From Candidatus Bathyarchaeota archaeon (GTDB lineage: Archaea; Thermoproteota; Bathyarchaeia; 40CM-2-53-6; DTDX01), in NCBI GenBank assembly GCA_018396775.1, contig JAGTRF010000007.1:22179-86178 (forward strand): DNA of 64,000 nt, written 5' to 3'. Position 1 is the stretch's first letter. Every line of letters begins with the position of its first letter. Below, in pieces: positions 47,700 to 57,768 of this stretch. The notes under the pieces were generated by a model, which ran no database searches, was not told where the DNA came from, and worked only from the letters and a program-made list of their open reading frames with translations. Made by a program: the position numbers and the translations under genes.

Positions 47700-48995
47700 T
47701 TAACGCATCCTTCTTAACAATATTTCTCTAAGCCTTCTTCTTCTTAACTTAGCTTTCAAACCAGTTTTTTTAAGTGTATTGATGAGAATCGGTTCATAAA
47801 CATCTCTATAAACAGAGTTATCAATTCTAACAAGCGTGTCAACATCAGTTAGAGGCCCTATAATTGTTGGGGTTAAGCTTAAAGCATTAAGTTTTTCAAC
47901 AATTTCTTTACAGCAATTAATAAACGCCTTCTCTTTAATAAATATGTTTTCCTTTAAATCTCCCCACTTCATTTTAACACCTAAGCTCCACCCTGATAAA
48001 TCTACTCTATGAACTTCAAGACCATGATGAGGTTTCCAGCAAATTGTAGCTAAAGGTGGTAAACTATAAACTTCATCCAGTAACTTAACAATTTCATAAA
48101 GTTCTGGTTTTAATTTACTTGTTTTCTCTCTAAAAATAGAGTTCCACCAATCTCTCTTTTTCTCGTAAGCAGCTTCTAAATATAAAGGTTGAGGAGCTAA
48201 AATTAAAGGTGTTGTAAACCCAGGATTTAAGCTTAAATTACTGAAAACTTCTTCATCTGAAGTTTTTAATTCAAACTCATAGCAATAACTTTCTAAAAGC
48301 TTTTTTTCTCTTTCGCTTGCTTCTTCTTTAAGCTTTTTTAATTTTTTAGCTATTCTAGATGGATACATTTGCCTTGAAACTTCTTCGCCTATACGAGGGG
48401 CCTCAATTTTTAAGCAGTCTATTAACACTTTAGCTCTAATATAGCTTACGTTGCTATCTTTACAAAACCCTATTAAAACTTGGTTTTCATCATAAGCTTG
48501 CTTATAAACTGCTGCTAAAGCTTTAAACTCTTCTGTTTTAGCTTTAGCTATTTTCTCGTTATTTAAAGCGGATAAAGGGAAAGTGGGATAAAGCGATCCA
48601 TCATAAATTGCTAAAGCTTCATCAACTTTTTCTAAAGCTTTTTTAAGCGCATTTAACTCAACAGCCTTCATATATGAATCTTCTTTTTGAAGAAGATAAT
48701 CCACAAAAACTTTAGTTTCCGCTATTCTATCAATGAATTCTTTACCTTTAAAAGAGTGAACTAAAGCTCTTGCATATAAAGCTTTAATGCCGCCTTGAAA
48801 TTCAGTTAAACCTCGGCTTCCATCGCAAACCATAAAATTAAAGTTTAAAGGCGCAACGAAATTGTGTTCTATCCATAACTCTTCGTAAATTTTTCTAAAT
48901 TTTTCTTGAGGATCAATTTTTAAACTTAAACTTGAAATTTTTTTCATTTCACTCATAAAGCTTGGGAGAAATATATCCTCCGTCAAACTCATCAT
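47700..48995 (-). CDS. nurA: NurA 5'-3' nuclease
   Basis: 431 aa. N-terminal MVCDGSRG (the DGS motif of the NurA domain). It sits immediately upstream of herA with a 1-nt gap. Confidence 0.7.
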   Translation of the reverse strand: MMSLTEDIFLPSFMSEMKKISSLSLKIDPQEKFRKIYEELWIEHNFVAPLNFNFMVCDGSRGLTEFQGGIKALYARALVHSFKGKEFIDRIAETKVFVDYLLQKEDSYMKAVELNALKKALEKVDEALAIYDGSLYPTFPLSALNNEKIAKAKTEEFKALAAVYKQAYDENQVLIGFCKDSNVSYIRAKVLIDCLKIEAPRIGEEVSRQMYPSRIAKKLKKLKEEASEREKKLLESYCYEFELKTSDEEVFSNLSLNPGFTTPLILAPQPLYLEAAYEKKRDWWNSIFREKTSKLKPELYEIVKLLDEVYSLPPLATICWKPHHGLEVHRVDLSGWSLGVKMKWGDLKENIFIKEKAFINCCKEIVEKLNALSLTPTIIGPLTDVDTLVRIDNSVYRDVYEPILINTLKKTGLKAKLRRRRLREILLRRMR

Positions 48996-49888
48996 TCTCC
49001 TTTATGAATGCAGGTTAATTTACCATAAACTTTACATTTTAAGTTGTAAATTTGATGAAAAACCTTTTTTACGTATTCAGTTTTATTGTGGTGAGTAAAA
49101 ATCTCAAAGACAGCTGTTATTGAGTAAATCATAACCGCTAACATAATGAGTATTAAAAGAAAAGAGATAAGGTATAAAATTCCTTGCATTTGCGTTACAA
49201 TCCCTAAGCTTCTAAGCCATTTTGGTACTTCTTGAATTTTGCTAATTTTCCAAAGAAGTTGAAGCAGATTCAACGTAATAAATGGACATAAGATTATGGT
49301 TGCTAATAAAATCCATAATTTTTTATTTTTCAATTTACTTTTCTTCCATTTACTTTGCTTAACAATAGGCTTCATTTTTAATTCAACTTTAAGCTTTGGT
49401 GAAGGAAAAATTAAATCGTTTAAATCGTTTAAAACTTCTTTAAAAAATTTAGCAGTTTCCTGCTTAGGCGTTAAAGCTAAAGTTATTAAAATGAAAATTA
49501 AAATGCCTAAACCAATTAATGCCGGTTCAATGTTAAAATTAAAATGGAAAATGCAAAAGTAACGAATACTTATCAATATTTTAATAGTTAATAAAACTGA
49601 GAAAAAGCTTAATAAAAAGTATTTAACCCGTCCATTTAAATAGTTTATTAGAAGAAAAAATAGAGTCACGATTAGAAACCCTGTAATTACATTTATAATC
49701 AACCATAGTTTACTTAACCCTAACTTGAATAAAAATAAAGCAAATGGATTTTTCTCGCCGAAAACTCCATACCTGCTTATTGAAATCATTGTGTAATAAG
49801 AATCAATCAAACTAAAAAACGTCATTAAAAAAGCTGAAATAACAAATTTTTTATTGAAAACTTGATGAAAACCAAATTTAATCTTCAT
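48992..49888 (-). CDS. polytopic membrane protein (DUF5658-like N-terminus), first gene of the nurA-herA-mre11-rad50 string
   Basis: 298 aa. LIDSYYTMISISRYGVFGEKNPF resembles DUF5658. Several TM helices are split by a Lys-rich loop (KQSKWKKSKLKNKK). ATGA overlap with the nurA start. Confidence 0.5.
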   Translation of the reverse strand: MKIKFGFHQVFNKKFVISAFLMTFFSLIDSYYTMISISRYGVFGEKNPFALFLFKLGLSKLWLIINVITGFLIVTLFFLLINYLNGRVKYFLLSFFSVLLTIKILISIRYFCIFHFNFNIEPALIGLGILIFILITLALTPKQETAKFFKEVLNDLNDLIFPSPKLKVELKMKPIVKQSKWKKSKLKNKKLWILLATIILCPFITLNLLQLLWKISKIQEVPKWLRSLGIVTQMQGILYLISFLLILIMLAVMIYSITAVFEIFTHHNKTEYVKKVFHQIYNLKCKVYGKLTCIHKGE

Positions 49889-50012
49889 TGCGCTTATCTA
49901 GATTAACGTTAAACGCCAATTTATTTTTATTGCTTTCACTTTGAAAAAGCTTATATATTATTTGCGAAATAAACATTTGCAAAGAAAAACATCTTAAATA
50001 GAGGGGAAAAAT

Positions 50013-51935
50013 ATGGGTGAATCTTCTAAAAAAGGTGTAAGCGCAAAACTTATTATCGCAATTGTGCTTATAATCATAGTGATTGCTGCAGGTGTAGGCG
50101 GATACTATTATTATTATTTACCAAGCTTAAAACCTAAAGTGCCTAATCCTGAGACTTTCATTTACCAAACTTTTGGGGACGCTGATTCTTTAGATCCTGC
50201 TTGGGATTACGAAACTGCTGGAGGTGAAGTATTAGAGCTTGTATATGAAAGGCTTGTTTACTATAATAGGGATAAATTAGAAATTGTTCCTGAGCTAGCT
50301 GAAAGCTGGGAAGTTTCTCCAGACGGCTCAGTATATACTTTTCATATTAGGAAAGGAATTAAATTTCATGATGGAACACCATTAAACGCTTCGGCTGTTA
50401 AATTTTCGCTAGATAGAGTTATCCTGATGAATGATCCTGATGGCCCAGCTTGGATATTAGCACAAATAATTAAAGGTGGACCAGCCTATATGGAAGCTAA
50501 CACATGGGAAAATGAAAATGAAATGGAAATGAAAGAATATGTTAAAGAATACTTAGCAGCAGAGGGAATAAAAGTTATAGATGATTATACCGTGCAAATA
50601 ACTCTTGAATATCCTTCAGCTGCATTCCTGTCTATGCTATGCTATGGTGGACCAGGCGCTATAGTTTCACCATCATTTGTTTTAGCTCATTCAGAGAAAG
50701 GTTGGTGGAGCGATCCAAAAGAGTTTCCCCCCTTCGGACTTGATAAACCTGGTTTTCATAATGAATACATGAACACTCATACATGCGGAACAGGAGCATA
50801 CAAAGTTGTTGAATGGACACCTAAAACTAGAATAGTTCTTGAAGCTAATGAAAACTATTGGAGAGAATCTCCAAAAATTAAAAGAGTAATTTTCCAGCAG
50901 ATTGATGAGGCTGGAACAAGGCTTTTAGCTTTATTCTCTGGAGAAGCAGATAGCGTAATTGTTCCATCATCTAACCTATTCGATATAATTGAAAAGGATC
51001 CATGGCTTAACGAGCGGAAAATAGTTCCATTAAAGAAAGGGATAGTTGTAGAAGTTTACGATTCACTAGCGATTGGAGGTTTTGAAATAAACTTAAATCC
51101 ACCTGACCCTATATTAAAAAGAGCTTTAAACAATAAAAACTTTAGATATGGTTTATCATATATATTCGATTATGATACTTACATAAATACTGTAACTTAT
51201 GGATTAGCTGAGCAGGGTAGAGGACCTGTACCTAAAGGCTTGCTTGGTTACGATGAAACATTATTCCAGTTTAAATATAACCCGGATAAAGCTAAAGAAC
51301 ACTTTTTAAAAGCTAAAGCTGAAGGAGCATATGAAGATGGGCTTAAAATAACACTTTACTATAACGCTGGAAATGAAGCTAGACGAAGAGCATGCCTCTT
51401 ATTTAAAGATGGAATTGAAAACCTTAATGTTGGCATTTCTATAGATGTTCAAGAGCTTGATTGGCCAACATATCTTGCTAAAATGAGAGCTAGCGAATTG
51501 CCTATCTTCTTTATTGGTTGGCAGCCAGATTACGCGGATCCAGATAATTATGTAGCCACCTATGCTCATTCAGAAATGGGCGTCTTCGCTAAAAGAATAG
51601 GTTATGCAAATGAAACTATCGATGCGCTTGTTGAGCAAGCTGCTAAAGAGCAAGATCCAGGTAAACGCGTAGAACTTTATCGTGAAATTCAACGCGAATT
51701 AATAGAAGAAGCCGTTTATCTTTGGGTTTCTCAAGCCAAATCGCTTCATGTTGCTAGAGATTGGGTTAAAGGGTACTTCTATAATCCGATGTGGTCTGGT
51801 TGGGATACAGGATGCATGCGCTTTATGTGGAAAGAAGAAACCACAGAGCAAGTAGCTGTAAATATAAATGGTTTTACACCTTTATTAATAGTAGCAACCA
51901 TGTTAAGCCCTGAAATTATTAAAAAAACTTTTTAA
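50013..51935 (+). CDS. ABC transporter substrate-binding protein, peptide/nickel (family 5) type
   Basis: 640 aa. N-terminal signal-anchor helix (LIIAIVLIIIVIAAGVGG), SBP_bac_5-like core (DPA..YE..G..V..LVYE.L, LAESWEVSPDG..YTF.IRKGIKFHDG) and a C-terminal hydrophobic segment. Confidence 0.85.
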   Translation: MGESSKKGVSAKLIIAIVLIIIVIAAGVGGYYYYYLPSLKPKVPNPETFIYQTFGDADSLDPAWDYETAGGEVLELVYERLVYYNRDKLEIVPELAESWEVSPDGSVYTFHIRKGIKFHDGTPLNASAVKFSLDRVILMNDPDGPAWILAQIIKGGPAYMEANTWENENEMEMKEYVKEYLAAEGIKVIDDYTVQITLEYPSAAFLSMLCYGGPGAIVSPSFVLAHSEKGWWSDPKEFPPFGLDKPGFHNEYMNTHTCGTGAYKVVEWTPKTRIVLEANENYWRESPKIKRVIFQQIDEAGTRLLALFSGEADSVIVPSSNLFDIIEKDPWLNERKIVPLKKGIVVEVYDSLAIGGFEINLNPPDPILKRALNNKNFRYGLSYIFDYDTYINTVTYGLAEQGRGPVPKGLLGYDETLFQFKYNPDKAKEHFLKAKAEGAYEDGLKITLYYNAGNEARRRACLLFKDGIENLNVGISIDVQELDWPTYLAKMRASELPIFFIGWQPDYADPDNYVATYAHSEMGVFAKRIGYANETIDALVEQAAKEQDPGKRVELYREIQRELIEEAVYLWVSQAKSLHVARDWVKGYFYNPMWSGWDTGCMRFMWKEETTEQVAVNINGFTPLLIVATMLSPEIIKKTF

Positions 51936-52024
51936 ACCTTTCTTTTTTTAACTTATTTCATAATTTCTTGAAACCAATAAACATATATTTTACGATATCT
52001 TCTTTTTGTTAAGGAGAATCTTCA

Positions 52025-53065
52025 ATGAGAATGCAAGATTATATTATTAGGAGATTGCTTCTTTTGCTTCCTGTTTTGCTTGGTGTTTCAATGTTAACTT
52101 TTACGCTTTCTCATTTAATTGGCGATCCTGTGGCAGCTTACGTGACTAGCGAGAAAATTTCTGAAGAAAGAATTCAATTAATAGTTAAAGCGCATGGTTT
52201 AGATAAACCTGTTTATATTCAATACCTTTATTATTTAAGGGATTTGCTTCGTGGAGATTGGGGGATTTCTAGATCAGACTCTAATAGGCCTGTGGTTGAA
52301 TCTATTCGAAATTATTTTCCAGCTACTCTTGAGTTAACGATTGTAGCTATGAGTTTAAGCCTTTTAATGGGTATTCCCATAGGAATAATTTCAGCTACAA
52401 AAAAAGATAAGCCTGTAGATCATGCTGTTAGAGTTTTCGCTTTAACTGGAGTTTCAATGCCTATTTTCTGGCTTGGTTTACTTCTTCAATATGTTTTTTA
52501 TTACCAATTTAAGGTTCATGGTTTACCTTTCCTTCCCTTATCTCAAAGAATAGATCCTTTTATAGCTATTCAGCATCCAGTTAAACAAGTGACTGGTTTG
52601 CTTTTGCTTGACAGCTTAATAAATTTAAACCCATATGCTTTTAAAAGTGCTTTAGAGCATATTATAATGCCTGCTTTCTGCCTCTCATATGTTACTTTAG
52701 CTTTAATAGCTAGAATGATGCGGGCAAGCATGCTTGAAGTTTTAAGGCAAGATTACATTACTTTAGCTAGATCAAAAGGTTTACCTGAAAAAATTATTAT
52801 TTATAAGCATGCTTTAAGAAACGCTATGATCCCTACTATAACAGTTGCAGGTTTAGCTTTTGGAGGATTGCTTGCTGGAGCTGTTTTAACTGAAACAGTT
52901 TTCGCTTGGCCTGGCGTTGGAAGATGGTCTACTCAAGCTATTTTAACTTCAGATATGGGTGGAATAATGGGCTTCACGCTTCTTGTAGCTATAATTTATG
53001 TTTTAGCTAATTTAATTGTTGATGTGTTATACGCGATTCTTGATCCAAGAATAAGATTAGGGTGA
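52025..53065 (+). CDS. ABC transporter permease (DppB/OppB-like)
   Basis: 346 aa. N-terminal YIIRRLLLLLPVLLGVSMLTF and the EAA-loop region YITLARSKGLPEKIIIYKHALRNA. Confidence 0.9.
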   Translation: MRMQDYIIRRLLLLLPVLLGVSMLTFTLSHLIGDPVAAYVTSEKISEERIQLIVKAHGLDKPVYIQYLYYLRDLLRGDWGISRSDSNRPVVESIRNYFPATLELTIVAMSLSLLMGIPIGIISATKKDKPVDHAVRVFALTGVSMPIFWLGLLLQYVFYYQFKVHGLPFLPLSQRIDPFIAIQHPVKQVTGLLLLDSLINLNPYAFKSALEHIIMPAFCLSYVTLALIARMMRASMLEVLRQDYITLARSKGLPEKIIIYKHALRNAMIPTITVAGLAFGGLLAGAVLTETVFAWPGVGRWSTQAILTSDMGGIMGFTLLVAIIYVLANLIVDVLYAILDPRIRLG

Positions 53066-53069
53066 ATTT

Positions 53070-53963
53070 TTGAATATGAATAGAAGCATTTTAAATTCTT
53101 GGATTAAAGATTTAGAGCCTCAATGGCGAGAATTCAAGTTTACAATTTACCTTTTAAAGCAAAGCCCCTTAGTAGTAGCTGGGTTTATAATAATTTCTAT
53201 CTTTATTATTGCAGCTATACTTGCGCCTTGGATAGCGCCTTATGGTCCTGAAGAAAGAATTTGGGCTGAACAACAGCAGCCTCCAAGCTTAAAGCATTTA
53301 TTTGGAACAGATGAAAATGGCGGTGATATTTTCAGCAGAGTTATTTGGGGTGCTCGGATAGATCTTTCAATAGCTTTAGCGGTTGTTGGCTCAGCTTCTT
53401 TAATAGGTTCTATTATAGGTGCTGTTTCAGGTTTTATGGGTGGTAAAATTGATGAAGCTTTAATGAGAGTAACAGATGTTTTTCTAGCTTTTCCAGGGTT
53501 AATTTTAGCTATGGCTATTGCTGCAGCGCTTGGAAGAAATCTTATAAACTTAACTATAGCGCTTACAGTTGTTTGGTGGCCAAGCTACGCTAGGCTTATT
53601 CGCGGGGTTGTGCTTTCTGAAAGAGAAAAGCTTTATGTTGAAGCTGCTAAAGCTATAGGCGCTAAAAACACGCGTATAATATTTAGGCATATTCTTCCAA
53701 ACGTTATTTACCCGCTTTTAGTTAATGCTACTTTGGATTTAGGCTCAGTTATTTTAACAGCTGCTGGATTAAGCTTTATAGGATTTGGGGCTGGAGCTGG
53801 GATAGCTGAATGGGGTAGAATGATATCAGATGGAAGAAACTATTTGTTTCAAGCGCCGTGGATGGCTACTTTCCCAGGGTTAGCGATTCTATTAAGCTCA
53901 TTAGCTTTAAATTTGGTTGGAGATGGTTTAAGAGATGTTCTCGATCCAAGGCTTAGAAGATGA
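53070..53963 (+). CDS. ABC transporter permease (DppC/OppC-like)
   Basis: 297 aa. HLFGTDENGGDIFSRVIWGAR and YVEAAKAIGAKNTRIIFRHILPN blocks. TTG at 53070 or ATG at 53076. Confidence 0.9.
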   Translation: MNMNRSILNSWIKDLEPQWREFKFTIYLLKQSPLVVAGFIIISIFIIAAILAPWIAPYGPEERIWAEQQQPPSLKHLFGTDENGGDIFSRVIWGARIDLSIALAVVGSASLIGSIIGAVSGFMGGKIDEALMRVTDVFLAFPGLILAMAIAAALGRNLINLTIALTVVWWPSYARLIRGVVLSEREKLYVEAAKAIGAKNTRIIFRHILPNVIYPLLVNATLDLGSVILTAAGLSFIGFGAGAGIAEWGRMISDGRNYLFQAPWMATFPGLAILLSSLALNLVGDGLRDVLDPRLRR

Positions 53964-53990
53964 AATAAACAGGTATGGAGATCTAGTGGA

Positions 53991-55091
53991 ATGCTTGAAC
54001 CTTTATTAAAAATAAGAAATTTAAAAACATATTTTTTTACTTACGCTGGTGTAGTTAAAGCTTTAGATGGCGTTAATATTGATGTTTATAAAGGCGAAAC
54101 AATGGCTCTTGTTGGGGAAACTGGATGCGGAAAATCAGTTACATCCCTATCAATTTTAAGGCTTATTCAACCTCCAGGAAAAATAGTAGAAGGGGAAATA
54201 TGGTTTAAAGGTAAAGATTTATTAAAGTTAACAGATGAAGAGATGCGGAAGATTAGAGGAAAAGAAATAGCTATGGTTTTTCAAGATCCAGCCACATATA
54301 TAAATCCTGTTTTAACTATAGGCGATCAAATAGCTGAAGTTATAATGCTTCATCAAGATTTAAGAAAAGAAGCTTTAGAAATGAAGATTGAAGAGTTAAC
54401 AGAAAAGCTTGAGAGAAAACCGAGTGAAAAATTAAAAAATAAAATTGAAGAGTTTAAAGAAGCTTTAAAAAATCCCATATCCCTTTCTAAACGAGAAATT
54501 AAAAAAGCAGCTTTAAAAAAAGCTATAGAAGTTTTAAGGCTTGTTAAAATGCCTTCTCCAGAGAAAATTATAACGCAATATCCTCATGAATTAAGCGGGG
54601 GCATGAGGCAAAGAGCTATGATAGCTATGGCTCTTTCATGCAAACCTGATTTGCTTATAGCCGATGAAGCTACAACAGCTTTAGACGTCACTATTCAAGC
54701 TCAAATCCTTAAGTTAATAAATGAAGTTAAAAAAGAAGTTGAAACATCAATTCTTATAATAACTCATGATTTAGGGGTTGTCGCTGAAACATGCGATAGA
54801 ATTGCTGTAATGTATGCGGGGCTTATTATTGAAGAAGCTGACACACTCTCGTTATTTAAAAATCCTTTGCATCCATATACAAAAGGGCTTTTAAACGCTA
54901 TTCCAAAACTTCACGGCAGTTCTTCAAGATTGAAAATTATCCCAGGTGCAGTTCCAAACTTGATTAATCCCCCTTCAGGTTGCAGGTTTCACCCTAGATG
55001 CGAATACGCTATGAATATATGTAAAGAAAAAGAACCTAAACTTAACGAAATTGAATTTAACCATAAGGTTTCATGTCATCTTTATAGGTGA
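53991..55091 (+). CDS. ABC transporter ATP-binding protein (DppD/OppD-like)
   Basis: 366 aa. Walker A GETGCGKS, signature LSGGMRQR, Walker B LLIADEATTALD. C-terminal oligo_HPY-type Cys motif GCRFHPRC...C. A helical insertion of about 35 aa precedes the signature motif. Confidence 0.9.
   Translation: MLEPLLKIRNLKTYFFTYAGVVKALDGVNIDVYKGETMALVGETGCGKSVTSLSILRLIQPPGKIVEGEIWFKGKDLLKLTDEEMRKIRGKEIAMVFQDPATYINPVLTIGDQIAEVIMLHQDLRKEALEMKIEELTEKLERKPSEKLKNKIEEFKEALKNPISLSKREIKKAALKKAIEVLRLVKMPSPEKIITQYPHELSGGMRQRAMIAMALSCKPDLLIADEATTALDVTIQAQILKLINEVKKEVETSILIITHDLGVVAETCDRIAVMYAGLIIEEADTLSLFKNPLHPYTKGLLNAIPKLHGSSSRLKIIPGAVPNLINPPSGCRFHPRCEYAMNICKEKEPKLNEIEFNHKVSCHLYR
54964..55046 (+). repeat. 83-nt segment identical to 55947-56029 (3' ends of the two ATPase paralogues)
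   Basis: Compared base by base: attaatcccccttcaggttgcaggtttcaccctagatgcgaatacgctatgaatatatgtaaagaaaaagaacctaaacttaa occurs in both genes. Confidence 0.95.
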
Positions 55092-55097
55092 ACCATT

Positions 55098-56075
55098 TTG
55101 ATTAACAATGCTATTTTAGAAGTTAAAGGTTTAAGAAAGCTTTTCCCAATTAAAGAAGGTGTTTTAGGGAAAATTAAAGGTTACGTTTATGCTGTTGATG
55201 GTGTTAGCTTTAAATTAAAAAAAGGGGAGACGTTAGGTTTAGTTGGTGAATCAGGCTGCGGAAAAACAACTGTGGGAAGATGCATTTTAAGGTTAATAGA
55301 GCCTACAGAAGGCGAAATAATATTTAATAACGTTAACATAACTAATTTATCGCCTTCTGAATTAAGAAAGTATAGGCGTGAAATGCAAATTGTTTTCCAA
55401 GATCCTTATGCTTCGCTTAACCCTAGATGGACAATAAAAAACATTATAGGTGAACCTCTTTTAATTCATGGTTTAACTAAAAAAAGAGATTTGCATAAGC
55501 ATGTTCTTGAGCTTCTTTTAAAAGTTGGTTTAAGCGAAGATCATTTAAATAGGTTTCCTCACGAGTTTAGCGGAGGCCAAAGGCAAAGAATATGCATAGC
55601 TAAAGCTTTAGCTCTTAAACCAAAATTTATAGTTTTAGATGAGCCTACATCATCTTTAGATGTTTCAGTTCAAGCTCAAATCCTTAATTTATTAATGGAT
55701 TTACAGCAAGAGCTTAAGCTTACATACCTTTTTATATCTCATAACTTAAGCGTAATAAAGCATGTAAGCAATAGAATAGCCGTAATGTATCTTGGTAAAA
55801 TTGTTGAAATAGCTGATAAAGAAGATTTGTTTAATGCTCAAATTCACCCTTACACTAAAGCTTTATTTTCAGCCATTCCAATTCCAGATCCAGAGTTAAC
55901 TAGAAAAAGGAATAAAATAATTTTAAAGGGTGATGTTCCAAGCCCAATTAATCCCCCTTCAGGTTGCAGGTTTCACCCTAGATGCGAATACGCTATGAAT
56001 ATATGTAAAGAAAAAGAACCTAAACTTAATGAAGCTAAAAAAAACCATTTTGCAGCTTGCTATTTAACAGCGTGA
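55098..56075 (+). CDS. ABC transporter ATP-binding protein (DppF/OppF-like)
   Basis: 325 aa. Walker [10 protein letters not shown], signature FSGGQRQR, Walker [13 protein letters not shown]. The C-terminal Cys motif is the same as in the preceding gene. TTG start with AGGTGA upstream. Confidence 0.9.
   Translation: MINNAILEVKGLRKLFPIKEGVLGKIKGYVYAVDGVSFKLKKGETLGLVGESGCGKTTVGRCILRLIEPTEGEIIFNNVNITNLSPSELRKYRREMQIVFQDPYASLNPRWTIKNIIGEPLLIHGLTKKRDLHKHVLELLLKVGLSEDHLNRFPHEFSGGQRQRICIAKALALKPKFIVLDEPTSSLDVSVQAQILNLLMDLQQELKLTYLFISHNLSVIKHVSNRIAVMYLGKIVEIADKEDLFNAQIHPYTKALFSAIPIPDPELTRKRNKIILKGDVPSPINPPSGCRFHPRCEYAMNICKEKEPKLNEAKKNHFAACYLTA
55947..56029 (+). repeat. 83-nt segment identical to 54964-55046
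   Basis: Second copy of the repeat at 54964-55046. Identity ends at a C/T mismatch and then resumes for GAA. Confidence 0.95.
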
Positions 56076-56272
56076 AAATTTTTGAATGAAGAAGAGAAAA
56101 AATTAACTTGGAAAGATTACCTAGCCATAATTTTAGCAGCTTTACAAACAACGCTTTTACCATTTATTTTATTGCTTATCGCTATGCTAATCATAATGTT
56201 AATATTTATTAAAATCTAGTTAAAAAATTAAATTTTCAATTTAAAACTAAGCGAAACAGGTGAAAGCTGAAT

Positions 56273-57052
56273 ATGGAAATAGGCATATCAAACCATCCGT
56301 TATTTAATTTAAACCCAATAGAATTCTTTAAGTTAGCGAAGAAACTTGAAGTAAACAGGGTTGAAATTAAACTAGACGATTTAAGATTTAAAAACTTTCT
56401 TTTAAACGAAAGAAAACTTAACGATTTTAATTTTAAATTAAATTTTCACCTGCCTGTTGTCGATGTTAATCTTGGAACGCCACATAAAGATTTACGGGGA
56501 AGCTTTGAAAAAATTTTGTTCAAATCAATGTTTTTAGTTAAAAAAGTTAACGCTGAAATAGTTGTATGCCATGCTGGAAGGCTTAACAGAGTTTACCCTA
56601 AAGCTTTATTGCCTAAAGTTAAAAATGAAACAATAGAATCTTTAAAAAAGCTTTTTAAAACTTCAGAAAACTTAGGAGTTACGTTTACTCTTGAAAATGA
56701 TAGAAAAGCCTTCAGTCCATCTTTAGCTGGAGATTTAAACTCTTTTCAAGAAATGCTTAATAAAATTGAATGCAAAGCAACATTAGATATTGGTCACGCT
56801 AACACTTTCAGCAACCCAATAGAATTCATAAAAAACATTAACCATAAAATAATTAACATTCACATTCATGATAATAACGGCGATAAAGATGAGCATTTAC
56901 CATTAGGAAAAGGAAAAATAAACTTTAAAGAAATATTAGCTTCATTAAAAGAAGTTGATTGGAGCGGCTCATTAATTATTGAAGCCCATAACCCTAACGA
57001 TATGATTGAAAGCCTCAATAACTTACGCAATTTAATAAAAACTTTTCAATAA
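56273..57052 (+). CDS. sugar phosphate isomerase/epimerase (xylose-isomerase-like TIM barrel)
   Basis: 259 aa. VVCHAGR, TLENDR, LDIGHAN and IHIHDNNGDKDEHLPLGKGKINF are typical of the AP_endonuc_2/TIM-barrel family. Confidence 0.7.
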   Translation: MEIGISNHPLFNLNPIEFFKLAKKLEVNRVEIKLDDLRFKNFLLNERKLNDFNFKLNFHLPVVDVNLGTPHKDLRGSFEKILFKSMFLVKKVNAEIVVCHAGRLNRVYPKALLPKVKNETIESLKKLFKTSENLGVTFTLENDRKAFSPSLAGDLNSFQEMLNKIECKATLDIGHANTFSNPIEFIKNINHKIINIHIHDNNGDKDEHLPLGKGKINFKEILASLKEVDWSGSLIIEAHNPNDMIESLNNLRNLIKTFQ

Positions 57053-57768
57053 TTTTTTAAACTACTCTCAACATTTTGAAGCTTTAATTAAAGCTTGATA
57101 ATTGGTAATTCTCCCATTTTCTTGAAAAATGCAAAGAAAAAATAGCACACATAGATCTTATATGGTATAGAAAACAAAAAAGTAGTGTAATCCATATGTT
57201 CAATGAGTTAAGGTACGGCCTTAATGAGCAGGTACGTTTATTTGCTGCAATTCTAAAGATATATTTGAAAATCCAGTTTAAGAATCATATAGATGCATTT
57301 TTCGATAAAAGGTTGAAATCTGTCATACAATTGATTTTAGAGGTCTTGAATTAGATTACCTTACGATTACCGTAAGTGACCTTTTTAGAAAAATGTAGAT
57401 CATTAAAATGAATAAGAAAGATGGTGAAGATATTATTAGTTTTACTTAGAGAACATGATATAGGAGAGGAAGATAAAGAAATGATTAATCATAATTATAT
57501 CTCTAAATTATTATCTAAAGATTAGGGCTTCTATTATACAGTAATAATGAACATGGATAAAGTTAAAGCTTTTCTTTCTCGTTATGAAGTATTATCTTTG
57601 GAAGATAGAAATGATGTTAACTCAAAGCTTGATATGCTTTAAGATTCTATAGAAAAAGCTGAAAAATTAAGTTTGAAGATGCGAGCAAAAATAGGTGCAA
57701 GAAAAATGTTATAGAGAGGTTGAGGAAACTGGGATTTAAATAATTTAACGAGTATCTTTAGCTTGTTT

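Noticed and set aside
54380-54560. Helical insertion of about 35 aa in the first Opp ATPase, considered as a foreign insertion or intein
   Set aside because: There are no intein splice motifs or nuclease blocks. It is a Lys/Glu-rich helical linker in frame, so lineage-specific loop expansion is the more likely explanation.
56082-56219. 45-codon TTG-initiated ORF after the second ATPase gene, encoding a hydrophobic tail (AIILAALQTTLLPFILLLIAMLIIMLIFIKI)
   Set aside because: It has no SD and a non-ATG start. I/L/F/K-rich hydrophobic ORFs arise easily by chance at this base composition. It cannot be supported without conservation data.
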